11,786 bases of DNA from Methanocella sp. (GTDB lineage: Archaea; Thermoproteota; Bathyarchaeia; Bathyarchaeales; Bathycorpusculaceae). This document shows, piece after piece, positions 1 through 8,518 of the stretch. How positions within the stretch are numbered: the stretch's first letter is position 1; every line of letters begins with the position of its first letter. The stretch lies in NCBI GenBank assembly GCA_050261115.1, contig JBLNCY010000058.1, forward strand, positions 1-11,786, in the 5' to 3' direction. The notes under the pieces are model-generated. The model saw only the letters and a list, made by a program, of their open reading frames with translations, was not told the DNA's origin and did no database searches. Position numbers and translations under genes: made by a program.

Positions 1-33
1 ATCTAACTGTAGTTAATTCCTGGCGGTATAATT

Positions 34-2820
34 TTGGAGAAAGCAGCATCTAACCCTATTGAAGCAGTTTTTGAGGACCTTAAAACTTCACCTGAAGGAT
101 TGAGCAGTCAAGAGGCCAAACTCCTACTCAAAAAATACGGCTACAACATGCTCTCAGAGAAACGCCAAATCCCCTTCATATGGAAGTTCATCAAGCATCT
201 CAGAGATCTATTTGGTATTCTGCTAATTGTGGCAGCAGTTCTTTCCTTCATCAGCGGCACCCCCGAATTAGGTATAATCATACTTGCCGTAGTATTCGTC
301 AACATCCTTGTCAGCCTCTTCCAGGAATCCCGTGCCGAAAAAGCAATGGAGACCCTCAAAAGTTGGATGCCTGAATACGCCAAAGTCATCAGAGACGGCG
401 AACTCCACAAAATCACAGTTAAAGAAATCGTTCCAGGCGACGTCATATTTCTTGAAGAGGGAGACCGTGTCCCAGCGGATGCACGGCTAATTGAAGCCCA
501 TGACCTATGGACAAATAATGTACCCTTGACAGGTGAATCTGAACCGCAACCAAGAAACACTGAAACCGTTACCGTGGTTGAAAAAGCCTACCTGTATTCC
601 CCCAACTTGGTCTTTATGAGTACCAGCGTAGCAAAAGGGCAAGGTAAGGCAGTCGTCTACGCTACAGGCATGGCAACACAGTTTGGGCGAATTGCCAGCT
701 TAACCCAGACCATCCAAGAAGAGGATAGTCCACTTCAAAAAGAAATCGCAAGAATGGCAAAATACGACTTCTTCATCGCCCTATCCGTGGGTGTAATCTT
801 TTTCGCGCTTAGCTTAACAGTTCTCAATGTACCCGATATAGGAACAAGTTTTCTGTTCATGATCGGTGTCATGGTTTGTTGTGTTCCTGAAGGTTTACAG
901 GTCACGGTTTCCAGCGCTTTGGCGATTAATGTGCTCAAGATGGTTAAGCAGAATGTGCTTGTCAAACGCCTTTCCGCGGTCCAGACCCTAGGCAGTGTAA
1001 CGGTCATCTGCACTGATAAAACCGGCACCATCACCAAGGGCGAATTGACGGTTAATAAGCTCTGGACAATGAACAGGGTCATAGAGGTTTCAGGCTTGGG
1101 TTACATGCCAGTGGGCGACTTCACCATAAATGGAGACCCCCTAAGAGAAGGCGAGGGTAAATCGCTGGATAAACTTTTAGAAATCGCGGCGCTCTGCAAC
1201 AGCGCTAAAGTGGAGCCGCCCTCGGATCAGAACAATAACTGGAGTGTTATCGGAGACCCCACAGATGGAGCCTTGTTGGTTGCCGCATTGAAGTATGGCC
1301 AAGTAGTTGACGAGCTAATGGAGGAAAAGCCGGAAATCGATATTCTGCCATTTAGTTTCGAACGTAAACGCATGAGCACTATCCACGAATTTAAAGACAA
1401 AATACTGGTTTACACTAAAGGCGCCCCCAGAAATATCCTTGATTTATGTAGCCAAATCTACATAAACGGCAAAATCGAATCGCTAACCAAAGAAAAAGAA
1501 GACCAGATACAAGCACACATCCATGAATTTGCCAACGAAGGCTTACGTGTCATTGCCATGTCATACAAGGAAGTACCCAAAGAAGAATACCAAAAGGGGT
1601 TGGATGTGGAAAGCAACCTCGTTTTTGTTGGTTTAGCGGCTATGCGCGATCCACCGCGCGCCGAAGTGAAGGTTGCCGTACAGAAAGCCAAAGCGGCGGG
1701 CATACGCACGGTAATCATCACGGGCGACTATGGACCGACCGCAGAGGTAATTGCAGAGGAAGTGGGCATCGTCGAGAAAGGCTTATCAAAGGTAATACGG
1801 GGCATAGATCTGGAAGGCCTAGACGACCAAACAATAGTGGATGAAGTAAAGAAGGGCAACGTAATTTTCGCCAGAGTCGCCCCTGAACAGAAACTTCGCA
1901 TAGTAAAGGCGATCAAAAGGAGCAGCCAAATCGTTGCAGTCACAGGCGATGGCGCCAACGATGCACCCTCCCTTAAGGAGGCAAACATCGGCGTTGCCAT
2001 GGGTGCCTCAGGAACCGACGTCGCCCGCGAAGCCGCAGACATAGTCTTATTAAATGACAGCTTTGCCTCAATCGTAAAAGCCGTCGAGTCAGGCCGCGCA
2101 ATCTATGAAAACATACGCAAATTCATCGTCTTCGTGTTCGCACACAACATCGCAGAACTAATCCCATACATACTCTATGCGGTGCTATCTACCAGCCTAT
2201 TTTCTATCCCCCTGCCGCTGTTGGTTGTGCAGGTATTAGCCATCGACCTAGCAATTGACGTCATTCCCTCTTTGGCGCTAAGCCGAGAGCCCCCCGAGGC
2301 AGGCATCATGCAGGAACCGCCCAGAAGCATTAAAGAACGCCTATTCACAAGCAAAGTTTTCGCGCGATCCCTCTTCATCGGCACAATAATTGCCGTCGGC
2401 GCCATCTATCTCTGCCTCTCAACGTGGATGGCGGGCGGCTGGCAGTTTGGGCAACCCCTAGCAGACGACGATCCAGTCTACATTAAAGGGGTTACGATGA
2501 CGTTTGCAGGCATTGTCGTTGCGCAGGCGGGAAATGTTCTGGTATGCCGCACCAACAAGCAGTCGGCCTTCCGCAACAGTTTAATGAAGAATAAATGGAT
2601 CGTTTGGGGCATTGCCGCCCAGCTCTCTATCTTGGCATTAATTATCTATGTGCCTTTGCTACAGCAAGTCTTTGGCACTACAGGTTTAGGCTTGATGGAG
2701 TGGTTCTACCTGCTCCTCTTAGCTGTCGCAGTGATTTTAGCGGAGGAAACACGGAAAGCCATTGTCCGCCGCTTCTTTACGCATACCGCAGAAAACCTAG
2801 CAACCCATGACCACCCCTAA
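34..2820 (+). CDS. Cation-transporting P-type ATPase, type II (P2C Na+/K+- or H+/K+-ATPase-like)
   Basis: 928 aa, TTG start. Motifs: TGES (A domain), PEGL (TM4), DKTGT phosphorylation site (D328, 1015-1029), KGAP, DPPR, TGD, TGDGANDAPSLK. TM5 HNIAE, TM6 IDLAID and TM8 VVAQAGN resemble P2C pumps. About 10 hydrophobic segments. Confidence 0.95.
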   Translation: MEKAASNPIEAVFEDLKTSPEGLSSQEAKLLLKKYGYNMLSEKRQIPFIWKFIKHLRDLFGILLIVAAVLSFISGTPELGIIILAVVFVNILVSLFQESRAEKAMETLKSWMPEYAKVIRDGELHKITVKEIVPGDVIFLEEGDRVPADARLIEAHDLWTNNVPLTGESEPQPRNTETVTVVEKAYLYSPNLVFMSTSVAKGQGKAVVYATGMATQFGRIASLTQTIQEEDSPLQKEIARMAKYDFFIALSVGVIFFALSLTVLNVPDIGTSFLFMIGVMVCCVPEGLQVTVSSALAINVLKMVKQNVLVKRLSAVQTLGSVTVICTDKTGTITKGELTVNKLWTMNRVIEVSGLGYMPVGDFTINGDPLREGEGKSLDKLLEIAALCNSAKVEPPSDQNNNWSVIGDPTDGALLVAALKYGQVVDELMEEKPEIDILPFSFERKRMSTIHEFKDKILVYTKGAPRNILDLCSQIYINGKIESLTKEKEDQIQAHIHEFANEGLRVIAMSYKEVPKEEYQKGLDVESNLVFVGLAAMRDPPRAEVKVAVQKAKAAGIRTVIITGDYGPTAEVIAEEVGIVEKGLSKVIRGIDLEGLDDQTIVDEVKKGNVIFARVAPEQKLRIVKAIKRSSQIVAVTGDGANDAPSLKEANIGVAMGASGTDVAREAADIVLLNDSFASIVKAVESGRAIYENIRKFIVFVFAHNIAELIPYILYAVLSTSLFSIPLPLLVVQVLAIDLAIDVIPSLALSREPPEAGIMQEPPRSIKERLFTSKVFARSLFIGTIIAVGAIYLCLSTWMAGGWQFGQPLADDDPVYIKGVTMTFAGIVVAQAGNVLVCRTNKQSAFRNSLMKNKWIVWGIAAQLSILALIIYVPLLQQVFGTTGLGLMEWFYLLLLAVAVILAEETRKAIVRRFFTHTAENLATHDHP

Positions 2821-3156
2821 AGGCTCCATGTACTTTCGCCTCCGTCCAAGACGATTCCCGAGGGCCCACATTCAAGTGCAGGTTCAACCCGAGGTTGACT
2901 CTATATATAAGGGAGGGGATCGTCTGGCAAAGCAACAGAACCCAAACAAGCCACCACCCAAAGCCCAAACCCACAACAAACCGCAGGGCACCCTACACCT
3001 AACACCAAACAACGCACTATATACACCCAAAAAACCCTGCAACAACAGACGAACTAACAAACTGGCAAAGCAAGAAATTAGAAAATTCCTACCACTTAAA
3101 GTTGGAATGTAAAATATTAATTGGGGAAAAATTGTTAAAAAGGTAAAATGAGGCTT

Positions 3157-3477
3157 TTACCCGAATAGGGCGCCTAATCCTTCTAGTGCTGCTTCTTCTT
3201 TGGCTTTCTCATCTTCTTCTTTCTTCTTCTTGTCTTCTGCTGGAGCTGCTGCTTTAGTTTCGCCTGCTGCTGGAGCTGCAACTGGAGCTGCCGCCATCAT
3301 AGTCGGTGCTGCTTTGATTGCTTCATCAATGTTAACTTCACTGAGTGAAGCAACAAGTGCCTTAACTTGAACTGCATCGACAGTGATACCTGCTGCTTCG
3401 AGCACTTTTGTCACGGATGCTTCATCGATTGCTTTACCTGCCTTGTGAAGGAGCATTGCTGCGTAAATGTTTTCCAT
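3157..3477 (-). CDS. rpl12: 50S ribosomal stalk protein L12 (aP1)
   Basis: N-terminus MENIYAAMLLHKAGKAIDE, Ala/Pro hinge, acidic tail ending GLGALFG. SD-like GAGGTGA at 3484-3490 on the minus strand. Confidence 0.97.
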   Translation of the reverse strand: MENIYAAMLLHKAGKAIDEASVTKVLEAAGITVDAVQVKALVASLSEVNIDEAIKAAPTMMAAAPVAAPAAGETKAAAPAEDKKKKEEDEKAKEEAALEGLGALFG

Positions 3478-3768
3478 ACCTTTTCACCTCTTCATCGGAC
3501 TATTTTAATCTTTATGTCGGTCCCACCTACCCCCACCATACCAGCGGGGCTGGCTGTTACCTGAATTGGCAGTACTTATGCCGATTTCTTGCCGTTTAGA
3601 AGAATACTATATACCTTAAGAACCTTTCGTAAATAATAAAGTGAAGTGCCAAGGGCTACCTCCAATAGAAAATCGGCCCTTACACCGTTGAACAGCTTGA
3701 TAACCTCTAAGTGTTGACGGCAGATGTTTTAAGGATGTTCCCCCATAGAATAACTGTCCGGATCGGCT

Positions 3769-5022
3769 ATGGCAACGCATAATGAAATAACTCCCTTGAT
3801 AGTAGAATTTGTGAACAAAAACTCCGATGTAGCCGACGTCCAATGGGACCGCCGCATGAGTCCCCGCCTCCTATTCAACCCCTACTCCGAGGATTATGAA
3901 GAACGAAAAATCATCTCACACTACTTCCTCTTAGCTGCCGCCATCCTTGACGACACCATCATCGGGTACCCCGAAAACGCCCGCATGCTACTTGTCTACC
4001 TCCATAAAGCACTAGGCAACACCATGTTTGAAATAAAAAAACCCCACCTGTTTGAGGAAGAAATAGTAAAAGCGTACTTTTACAACGATTTAGGCCCAAA
4101 CAAAAAAGCCGCCTCAGAAATACTTGCCTCCGTAAACCTGTTTATAAGACTAAAAGCAGAACGAAACCTGCTAAAATATGCACAAAGATTCACCAAACCC
4201 AAAACCTTTGTCGAAAACCTAGCACACAACATCCCCGCATTCAGCAGTACCCACAAAGACCGCGCATGGATCTATATGCGCTGGATGGTACGAGCCTCAC
4301 CAGACCTACAAATCTATGACCACCTCTTACCCAGCGACCTCTACGTACCTCTAACTAAGGAAAACGTGAATGTTGCGACAAGTCTGGGGTTGTTTCCACC
4401 GGGCTTTTCGGTATGGCGTGACGAACAGACCCAAGCAGAAGCACGGCAAAAGTTAACCGATCACGCAAAGCGCCTGTTCCCAAACGATCCCGCTAAGGTT
4501 GATTACCCTTTTTCGCTGTTGGGGCGATGGCTAAAGCAGAAACCCCTTAACCGCTATACCCTCAAGTCGGCGCTAGATTTCTTAGGGCATATGCAAAAAG
4601 TCACCGGGCAATCTCAAGCATACTACGAGAAGATGAGTCGGTACAAAAGCGGCTGGGAGAAAAAAACTGCGCTCACCCTGCTAAAAATGCACATCCCCTA
4701 TGGCTATGAAACAATCAGCTTTCCCTTGCCTAACGAAGTTTACACCCCCGACTTTATCCTAGAAAAGAGGGTGCATGGCAGAAAAATCATACTTGAACCC
4801 CACTTTGAAATGAGTAAAAAGCAAGCCCGAAAATACGCTCTCTTCAAACGCACCTATGGCCACGAATTCCTGCTCATACTGCTGCTAAAAAATGATCTCA
4901 TTCCATTGTATCATCAGCGTAAAATCTTAACCGACGATGTCTGCGATGACGTGTGGCCCATTGAGTATATTCATTTGTTGGCTGAAAGAATACGCCGCGG
5001 GACATACGGACAAGAATCTTAG
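3769..5022 (+). CDS. DUF2400/TIGR02757-like domain fused to a C-terminal T7 endonuclease I-like PD-(D/E)XK nuclease domain
   Basis: MRWMVR..PDL..SDLYVPL..VATSLGL..FPNDPAKVDY matches the DUF2400 pattern. RYKSGWE..IPYGYE..YTPDFIL..ILEPH matches the T7 Endo I pattern FRSGLE..FEYE..YTPDFLL..VETKG. Recognised by eye. Confidence 0.75.
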   Translation: MATHNEITPLIVEFVNKNSDVADVQWDRRMSPRLLFNPYSEDYEERKIISHYFLLAAAILDDTIIGYPENARMLLVYLHKALGNTMFEIKKPHLFEEEIVKAYFYNDLGPNKKAASEILASVNLFIRLKAERNLLKYAQRFTKPKTFVENLAHNIPAFSSTHKDRAWIYMRWMVRASPDLQIYDHLLPSDLYVPLTKENVNVATSLGLFPPGFSVWRDEQTQAEARQKLTDHAKRLFPNDPAKVDYPFSLLGRWLKQKPLNRYTLKSALDFLGHMQKVTGQSQAYYEKMSRYKSGWEKKTALTLLKMHIPYGYETISFPLPNEVYTPDFILEKRVHGRKIILEPHFEMSKKQARKYALFKRTYGHEFLLILLLKNDLIPLYHQRKILTDDVCDDVWPIEYIHLLAERIRRGTYGQES

Positions 5023-5028
5023 CGTAGG

Positions 5029-5580
5029 TTATGCTTGAATTTTTGTTTGTAAAACCTGCTGAACCAATACGCTAGGCAACCCCTCACGATTAGCCGCAGT
5101 CACCGTGTAGAGTGTTGTTGCTTTGTGCTGTTTGATTTCCGTAATCAATGCATCTTTGGCTTTGGCGTGCACAACAGCCAATACGACCTTGTTGCTTTCT
5201 AGCGCCGCTTGCACCGCCAGCTTAAACTTCGCTGAAAAAAGCTCCATAGGCCCAACCTCGTCAATCACCACAATATCATACTTCTTGGTGGCTTCAACAA
5301 CTGCCTTAACACCAATGCGTTCAAGATCTGAGAGGTTAACGCGGTATTTGCCTACCTGCGGCCCATTCTTCTGGTCAACGTGTGCTAGCCATCCATGTTT
5401 ACCGTTGGCGAAGTCAATCACCTCAAACCCGAGCCTTGTACAGCAGTCTTTGGCTTCGCGGCTAATCATACCACCTACACTAAACCCCCTATCTTTTAGT
5501 GCTTGGGCGGTTTTTTGGACTACCGTTGTCTTCCCCACACCTGGACTCCCTGTCACTAGTAAAACCCGTTTAGTCAGCAT
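5029..5580 (-). CDS. Nucleoside-triphosphatase, THEP1/NTPase_1 family (COG1618)
   Basis: Walker A GSPGVGKTT, VGGMISRE, GPQVGKYRV and Walker B VVIDEVGPMELFS; 183 aa. Confidence 0.93.
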   Translation of the reverse strand: MLTKRVLLVTGSPGVGKTTVVQKTAQALKDRGFSVGGMISREAKDCCTRLGFEVIDFANGKHGWLAHVDQKNGPQVGKYRVNLSDLERIGVKAVVEATKKYDIVVIDEVGPMELFSAKFKLAVQAALESNKVVLAVVHAKAKDALITEIKQHKATTLYTVTAANREGLPSVLVQQVLQTKIQA

Positions 5581-5656
5581 AAAGCAGCCTCAATATACCA
5601 GAAGTCTAATATTCCGATAAAATATTTTGGATACCCTACACCTCTGGTGCGCCATA

Positions 5657-6877
5657 TTGACAGAGAAAACCGCTTACAACGCCGATTTTCCGAGTATAAC
5701 AATCAGGGAAGGCAAAGCAGAAATCTTGGTACCTGACCTCAAAGCCTACGGGGTAACCCCTAGCGACTATGCGCCCTCTAAAGCGCCAGTTTTCTACAAC
5801 CCAGTAATGGAATTTAATCGTGACCTCTCCGTTCTGGCTTTTCGAGCATACCAGAAGCTACTTGGTCATGAAGTCGCCATATGCGAACCGCTTACAAGCC
5901 AAGGCATCCGTGCAATACGCTATGCGCTCGAGATTGACGATGTTGCATGGGTAATGGCTAGCGACATAAACCATCACGCTTACCAATTAGCGCAGCACAA
6001 CATAGAAACCAATAACCTACAAAACAAAGTCATACTCAAGTACGGCGACGCAAACCCCCTACTAAGCAGCCACGCCTCACCAAAAAAGCGGTTTGACATA
6101 ATCGACCTTGACCCCTTCGGAACACCAGTGCCCTACCTTGATTCAGCATTTAGGGCCCTAAAAAACAGGGGTCTAATCGCAGTAACCGCAACCGACATGG
6201 CACCATTATGCGGAGTACACACCAAAGCCTGCCTACGCAAATACGGCGGTAAACCCATCCGCACCGAGTACTGCCACGAAGTCGCCGTCCGATTACTCGC
6301 CGGCTGCATGGCTAAAACAGCCGCGCAACATGACATCGGAATCCAATTCCTCTTCAGCCACAGCACCGACCACTACATCCGCGTATACGCCCAAATCCGC
6401 TATGGCGCCAAAAAAGCCGACGACAGTCTAAAAACCGTAGGCTACCTCCTTCACTGCTTTAATTGCATGCACCGCGAAATCACCTATCAACCCTTCGGCT
6501 GTCCAACCTGCCATGAATGCGGCGCAAAAATGGACTACGCTGGACCACTCTGGACTGGCCCCATCGCCGACAAAGCCTTCGTGGAACATATAATAGCAGA
6601 AAACCAAACCCACCCACTTAGGTGCACTGCTAAAATCGCAAAGTTACTCACCCAAATCAAAGCCGAAACAACCGCCCCAATCACCTACTATGTTATCGAC
6701 AAACTAAGCGGAAAATTTGACCTGCCCGCTCCAGCAAACCAAGCATTTATAGAGGCACTCAAAGAGGCAGGGTATCAGGCGGTGCCAACCCATTTTAACC
6801 CCCGCGGCATAAAGACCGACGCCCCTGCATCGGCAATGCTTAGCATCCTAAAGGACCTAACCGTCCCTAAACCCTGA
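5657..6877 (+). CDS. trm1: tRNA (guanine26-N2)-dimethyltransferase Trm1
   Basis: PVFYNPVMEFNRDLS, GIRAIRYALE, IDLDPFGTP, VTATDMAPLCG, CxxC..CxxC zinc site, GPLWTGP, THF..GIKTDAP. Start is either TTG 5657 (preferred) or TTG 5627. Confidence 0.95.
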   Translation: MTEKTAYNADFPSITIREGKAEILVPDLKAYGVTPSDYAPSKAPVFYNPVMEFNRDLSVLAFRAYQKLLGHEVAICEPLTSQGIRAIRYALEIDDVAWVMASDINHHAYQLAQHNIETNNLQNKVILKYGDANPLLSSHASPKKRFDIIDLDPFGTPVPYLDSAFRALKNRGLIAVTATDMAPLCGVHTKACLRKYGGKPIRTEYCHEVAVRLLAGCMAKTAAQHDIGIQFLFSHSTDHYIRVYAQIRYGAKKADDSLKTVGYLLHCFNCMHREITYQPFGCPTCHECGAKMDYAGPLWTGPIADKAFVEHIIAENQTHPLRCTAKIAKLLTQIKAETTAPITYYVIDKLSGKFDLPAPANQAFIEALKEAGYQAVPTHFNPRGIKTDAPASAMLSILKDLTVPKP

Positions 6878-6902
6878 TTTCGTCGCCTGCATGCTTGTCT
6901 TG

Positions 6903-6914
6903 CGAAAGTTTAAA
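6903..6914 (+). promoter_or_regulatory. BRE-TATA promoter of the proC-HAD operon
   Basis: CGAAAG-TTTAAA about 40 nt upstream of ATG 6954, matching the archaeal BRE/TATA consensus. Confidence 0.65.
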
Positions 6915-6953
6915 GAGCCAAACCAATGCTGATACAGGATAAAGTGACCTCTG

Positions 6954-7763
6954 ATGAATAACAGTATCACCGTTATCGGTTCAGGCATGATGGGTGGAGC
7001 CATAATCAAGAGCCTCGCCAAAGGAGTTGACCCCGCAGCTATAACTGCAGTTGACGTCTTTGCTAATAAACTCAAAGAATTCGAGCAGCTAGGCGTAAAA
7101 ACCAGCACCGACAGCAACAAAGCCGCCAAAGCAGCAGACATCATAATTGTCGTCGTTAAACCGGGCGACGTCGCTAAAGTGCTAGAACAGATTAGCGAAG
7201 AAATCAAAGGCAAACTTGTCATATCCGCCGCCGCAACCGTACCATTGAGCTTTCTTGTCAAAAACGTCCCCGCTGAAACGCGCCTGGTGCGAATCATGCC
7301 TAACCTCGGAGCCCTCGTCCAAGCAGCCTATACCGCCTACTGCTGCGCAGAAAACGTCACCAACAAAGACAAGGAAACCGTCAAGGGACTGCTGAGTTTG
7401 ATGGGGGCCTGTGATGAGGTTGACGAGAAATACATGGATGCCATAACTGCGGTTAGCGGCAGTGGACCCGGCTACATGAGCATAATCGTCGAGGCACTCA
7501 CTTATGCAGGCCTCAAGGTAGGCTTACCACGCGACGTCGCACTTAACTGCGCAGCACAGACGGTCATGGGTGCAGGCAAACTAGTGATCGATTTGCATGT
7601 GGATCCAGCGAAGATCAGGGATATGACCACCACTCCCGGTGGAACAACCATCGAAGCAATCTATCAGATAGAACAAAGCCAGATCCGACCAGCCATGATA
7701 CGCGCCATCGAAGAAGCCACCAAGAAAAGCCAAATAATCCGAGAAAAACTCAACTTGTCATGA
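6954..7763 (+). CDS. proC: Pyrroline-5-carboxylate reductase
   Basis: Rossmann motif IGSGMMG, VVKP, RIMPN, TAVSGSGPGY, TTPGGTTIEA; 269 aa. Confidence 0.96.
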   Translation: MNNSITVIGSGMMGGAIIKSLAKGVDPAAITAVDVFANKLKEFEQLGVKTSTDSNKAAKAADIIIVVVKPGDVAKVLEQISEEIKGKLVISAAATVPLSFLVKNVPAETRLVRIMPNLGALVQAAYTAYCCAENVTNKDKETVKGLLSLMGACDEVDEKYMDAITAVSGSGPGYMSIIVEALTYAGLKVGLPRDVALNCAAQTVMGAGKLVIDLHVDPAKIRDMTTTPGGTTIEAIYQIEQSQIRPAMIRAIEEATKKSQIIREKLNLS

Positions 7764-8431
7764 TTGCAATGTTTGATGCTGCGATTTTTGATTGGGACGG
7801 AACTCTCGCTGATACCCGCCGCCCCATCGTAGCCTCTTTCCACCAAGCTCTCAGAGAGGTCGGGTTAGATGTCACCACCGAATATATTGAGCGGCGAATC
7901 GGCATCGGCGCCTCTGACACTTTCCGCGACATCCTGCGCGCAGAGGGCCGCCCCGTGGATGAAGAAGTAGTTAAGGCACTTGTTGCGCGTAAAAGCGAGT
8001 TACAGGTGGAGATGGCGGATATGGTGCAGTTGTTTAGCGGTGCTGAAGAGTTGCTGGCGAGTTTGCAGGGCAAAGTTAAGGTGGCGTTGGCGTCCATGAA
8101 TAACTCCATCGTTATAGGGCATCTGCTGAAAGTCAAGGGTTTAGAGGATTGCTTTGAGATGGTGATGACGGGTGACCGCGTCGGCAAGTCTAAGCCGGAT
8201 CCTGAGATTTTCCTAAAAACCGCCCAAGCCCTAAACGTTCGCCCTGAGTGCTGTGTGGTTTTTGAGGATTCCATCTTTGGCGTAAAAGCGGCGAAGGCGG
8301 CGGGGATGAGTTGCATCGCCGTCACAACAGGCGTATACAGTGCTGCTGAGCTTGAGCGGGAGAAGCCTGATTTAGTCATAAAAACACTATCTGACGCTGA
8401 AATAAGCCGATTTATTTTTGGCCAAGAATAA
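7760..8431 (+). CDS. HAD-superfamily phosphatase (beta-phosphoglucomutase/HAD-IA-like)
   Basis: Motif I FDWDGTLADT, motif II ALAS, KSKPDPEIF, motif IV FEDS..GVKAA. ATGA overlap with the proC stop suggests translational coupling. Confidence 0.92.
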   Translation: MIAMFDAAIFDWDGTLADTRRPIVASFHQALREVGLDVTTEYIERRIGIGASDTFRDILRAEGRPVDEEVVKALVARKSELQVEMADMVQLFSGAEELLASLQGKVKVALASMNNSIVIGHLLKVKGLEDCFEMVMTGDRVGKSKPDPEIFLKTAQALNVRPECCVVFEDSIFGVKAAKAAGMSCIAVTTGVYSAAELEREKPDLVIKTLSDAEISRFIFGQE

Positions 8432-8518
8432 TTTTGTGATAGCGCGATAGCAGTCACATAGCTTTAAACATTTTTCGCAGAAATAGTGTAGTTGCTCATA
8501 ACTGAAGGAGAATACCTT

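Noticed and set aside
141-2810. Several short ORFs inside the ATPase gene
   Set aside because: Shadow or out-of-frame ORFs within a well-supported gene.
2807-3112. 101-aa ORF, and the antisense 65-aa ORF at 2777-2974
   Set aside because: Low-complexity, no recognisable motifs, and the open frame is explained by T-poor composition. Kept only as a possibility within a finding.
3490-3760. Possible tRNA or C/D-box sRNA in the intergenic region
   Set aside because: No cloverleaf or T-loop, and no properly arranged C box (RUGAUGA) with D box (CUGA).
3367-3843. Cys-rich 65-aa ORF (3367-3564) and neighbouring short ORFs as possible RiPP precursors
   Set aside because: They overlap rpl12 antisense or the start of the 3769 gene. 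The Cys richness comes from reverse-complemented Ala codons (GCA read as TGC).
7750-8457. 235-aa minus-strand ORF
   Set aside because: Fully antisense to the HAD phosphatase, which has all its motifs.
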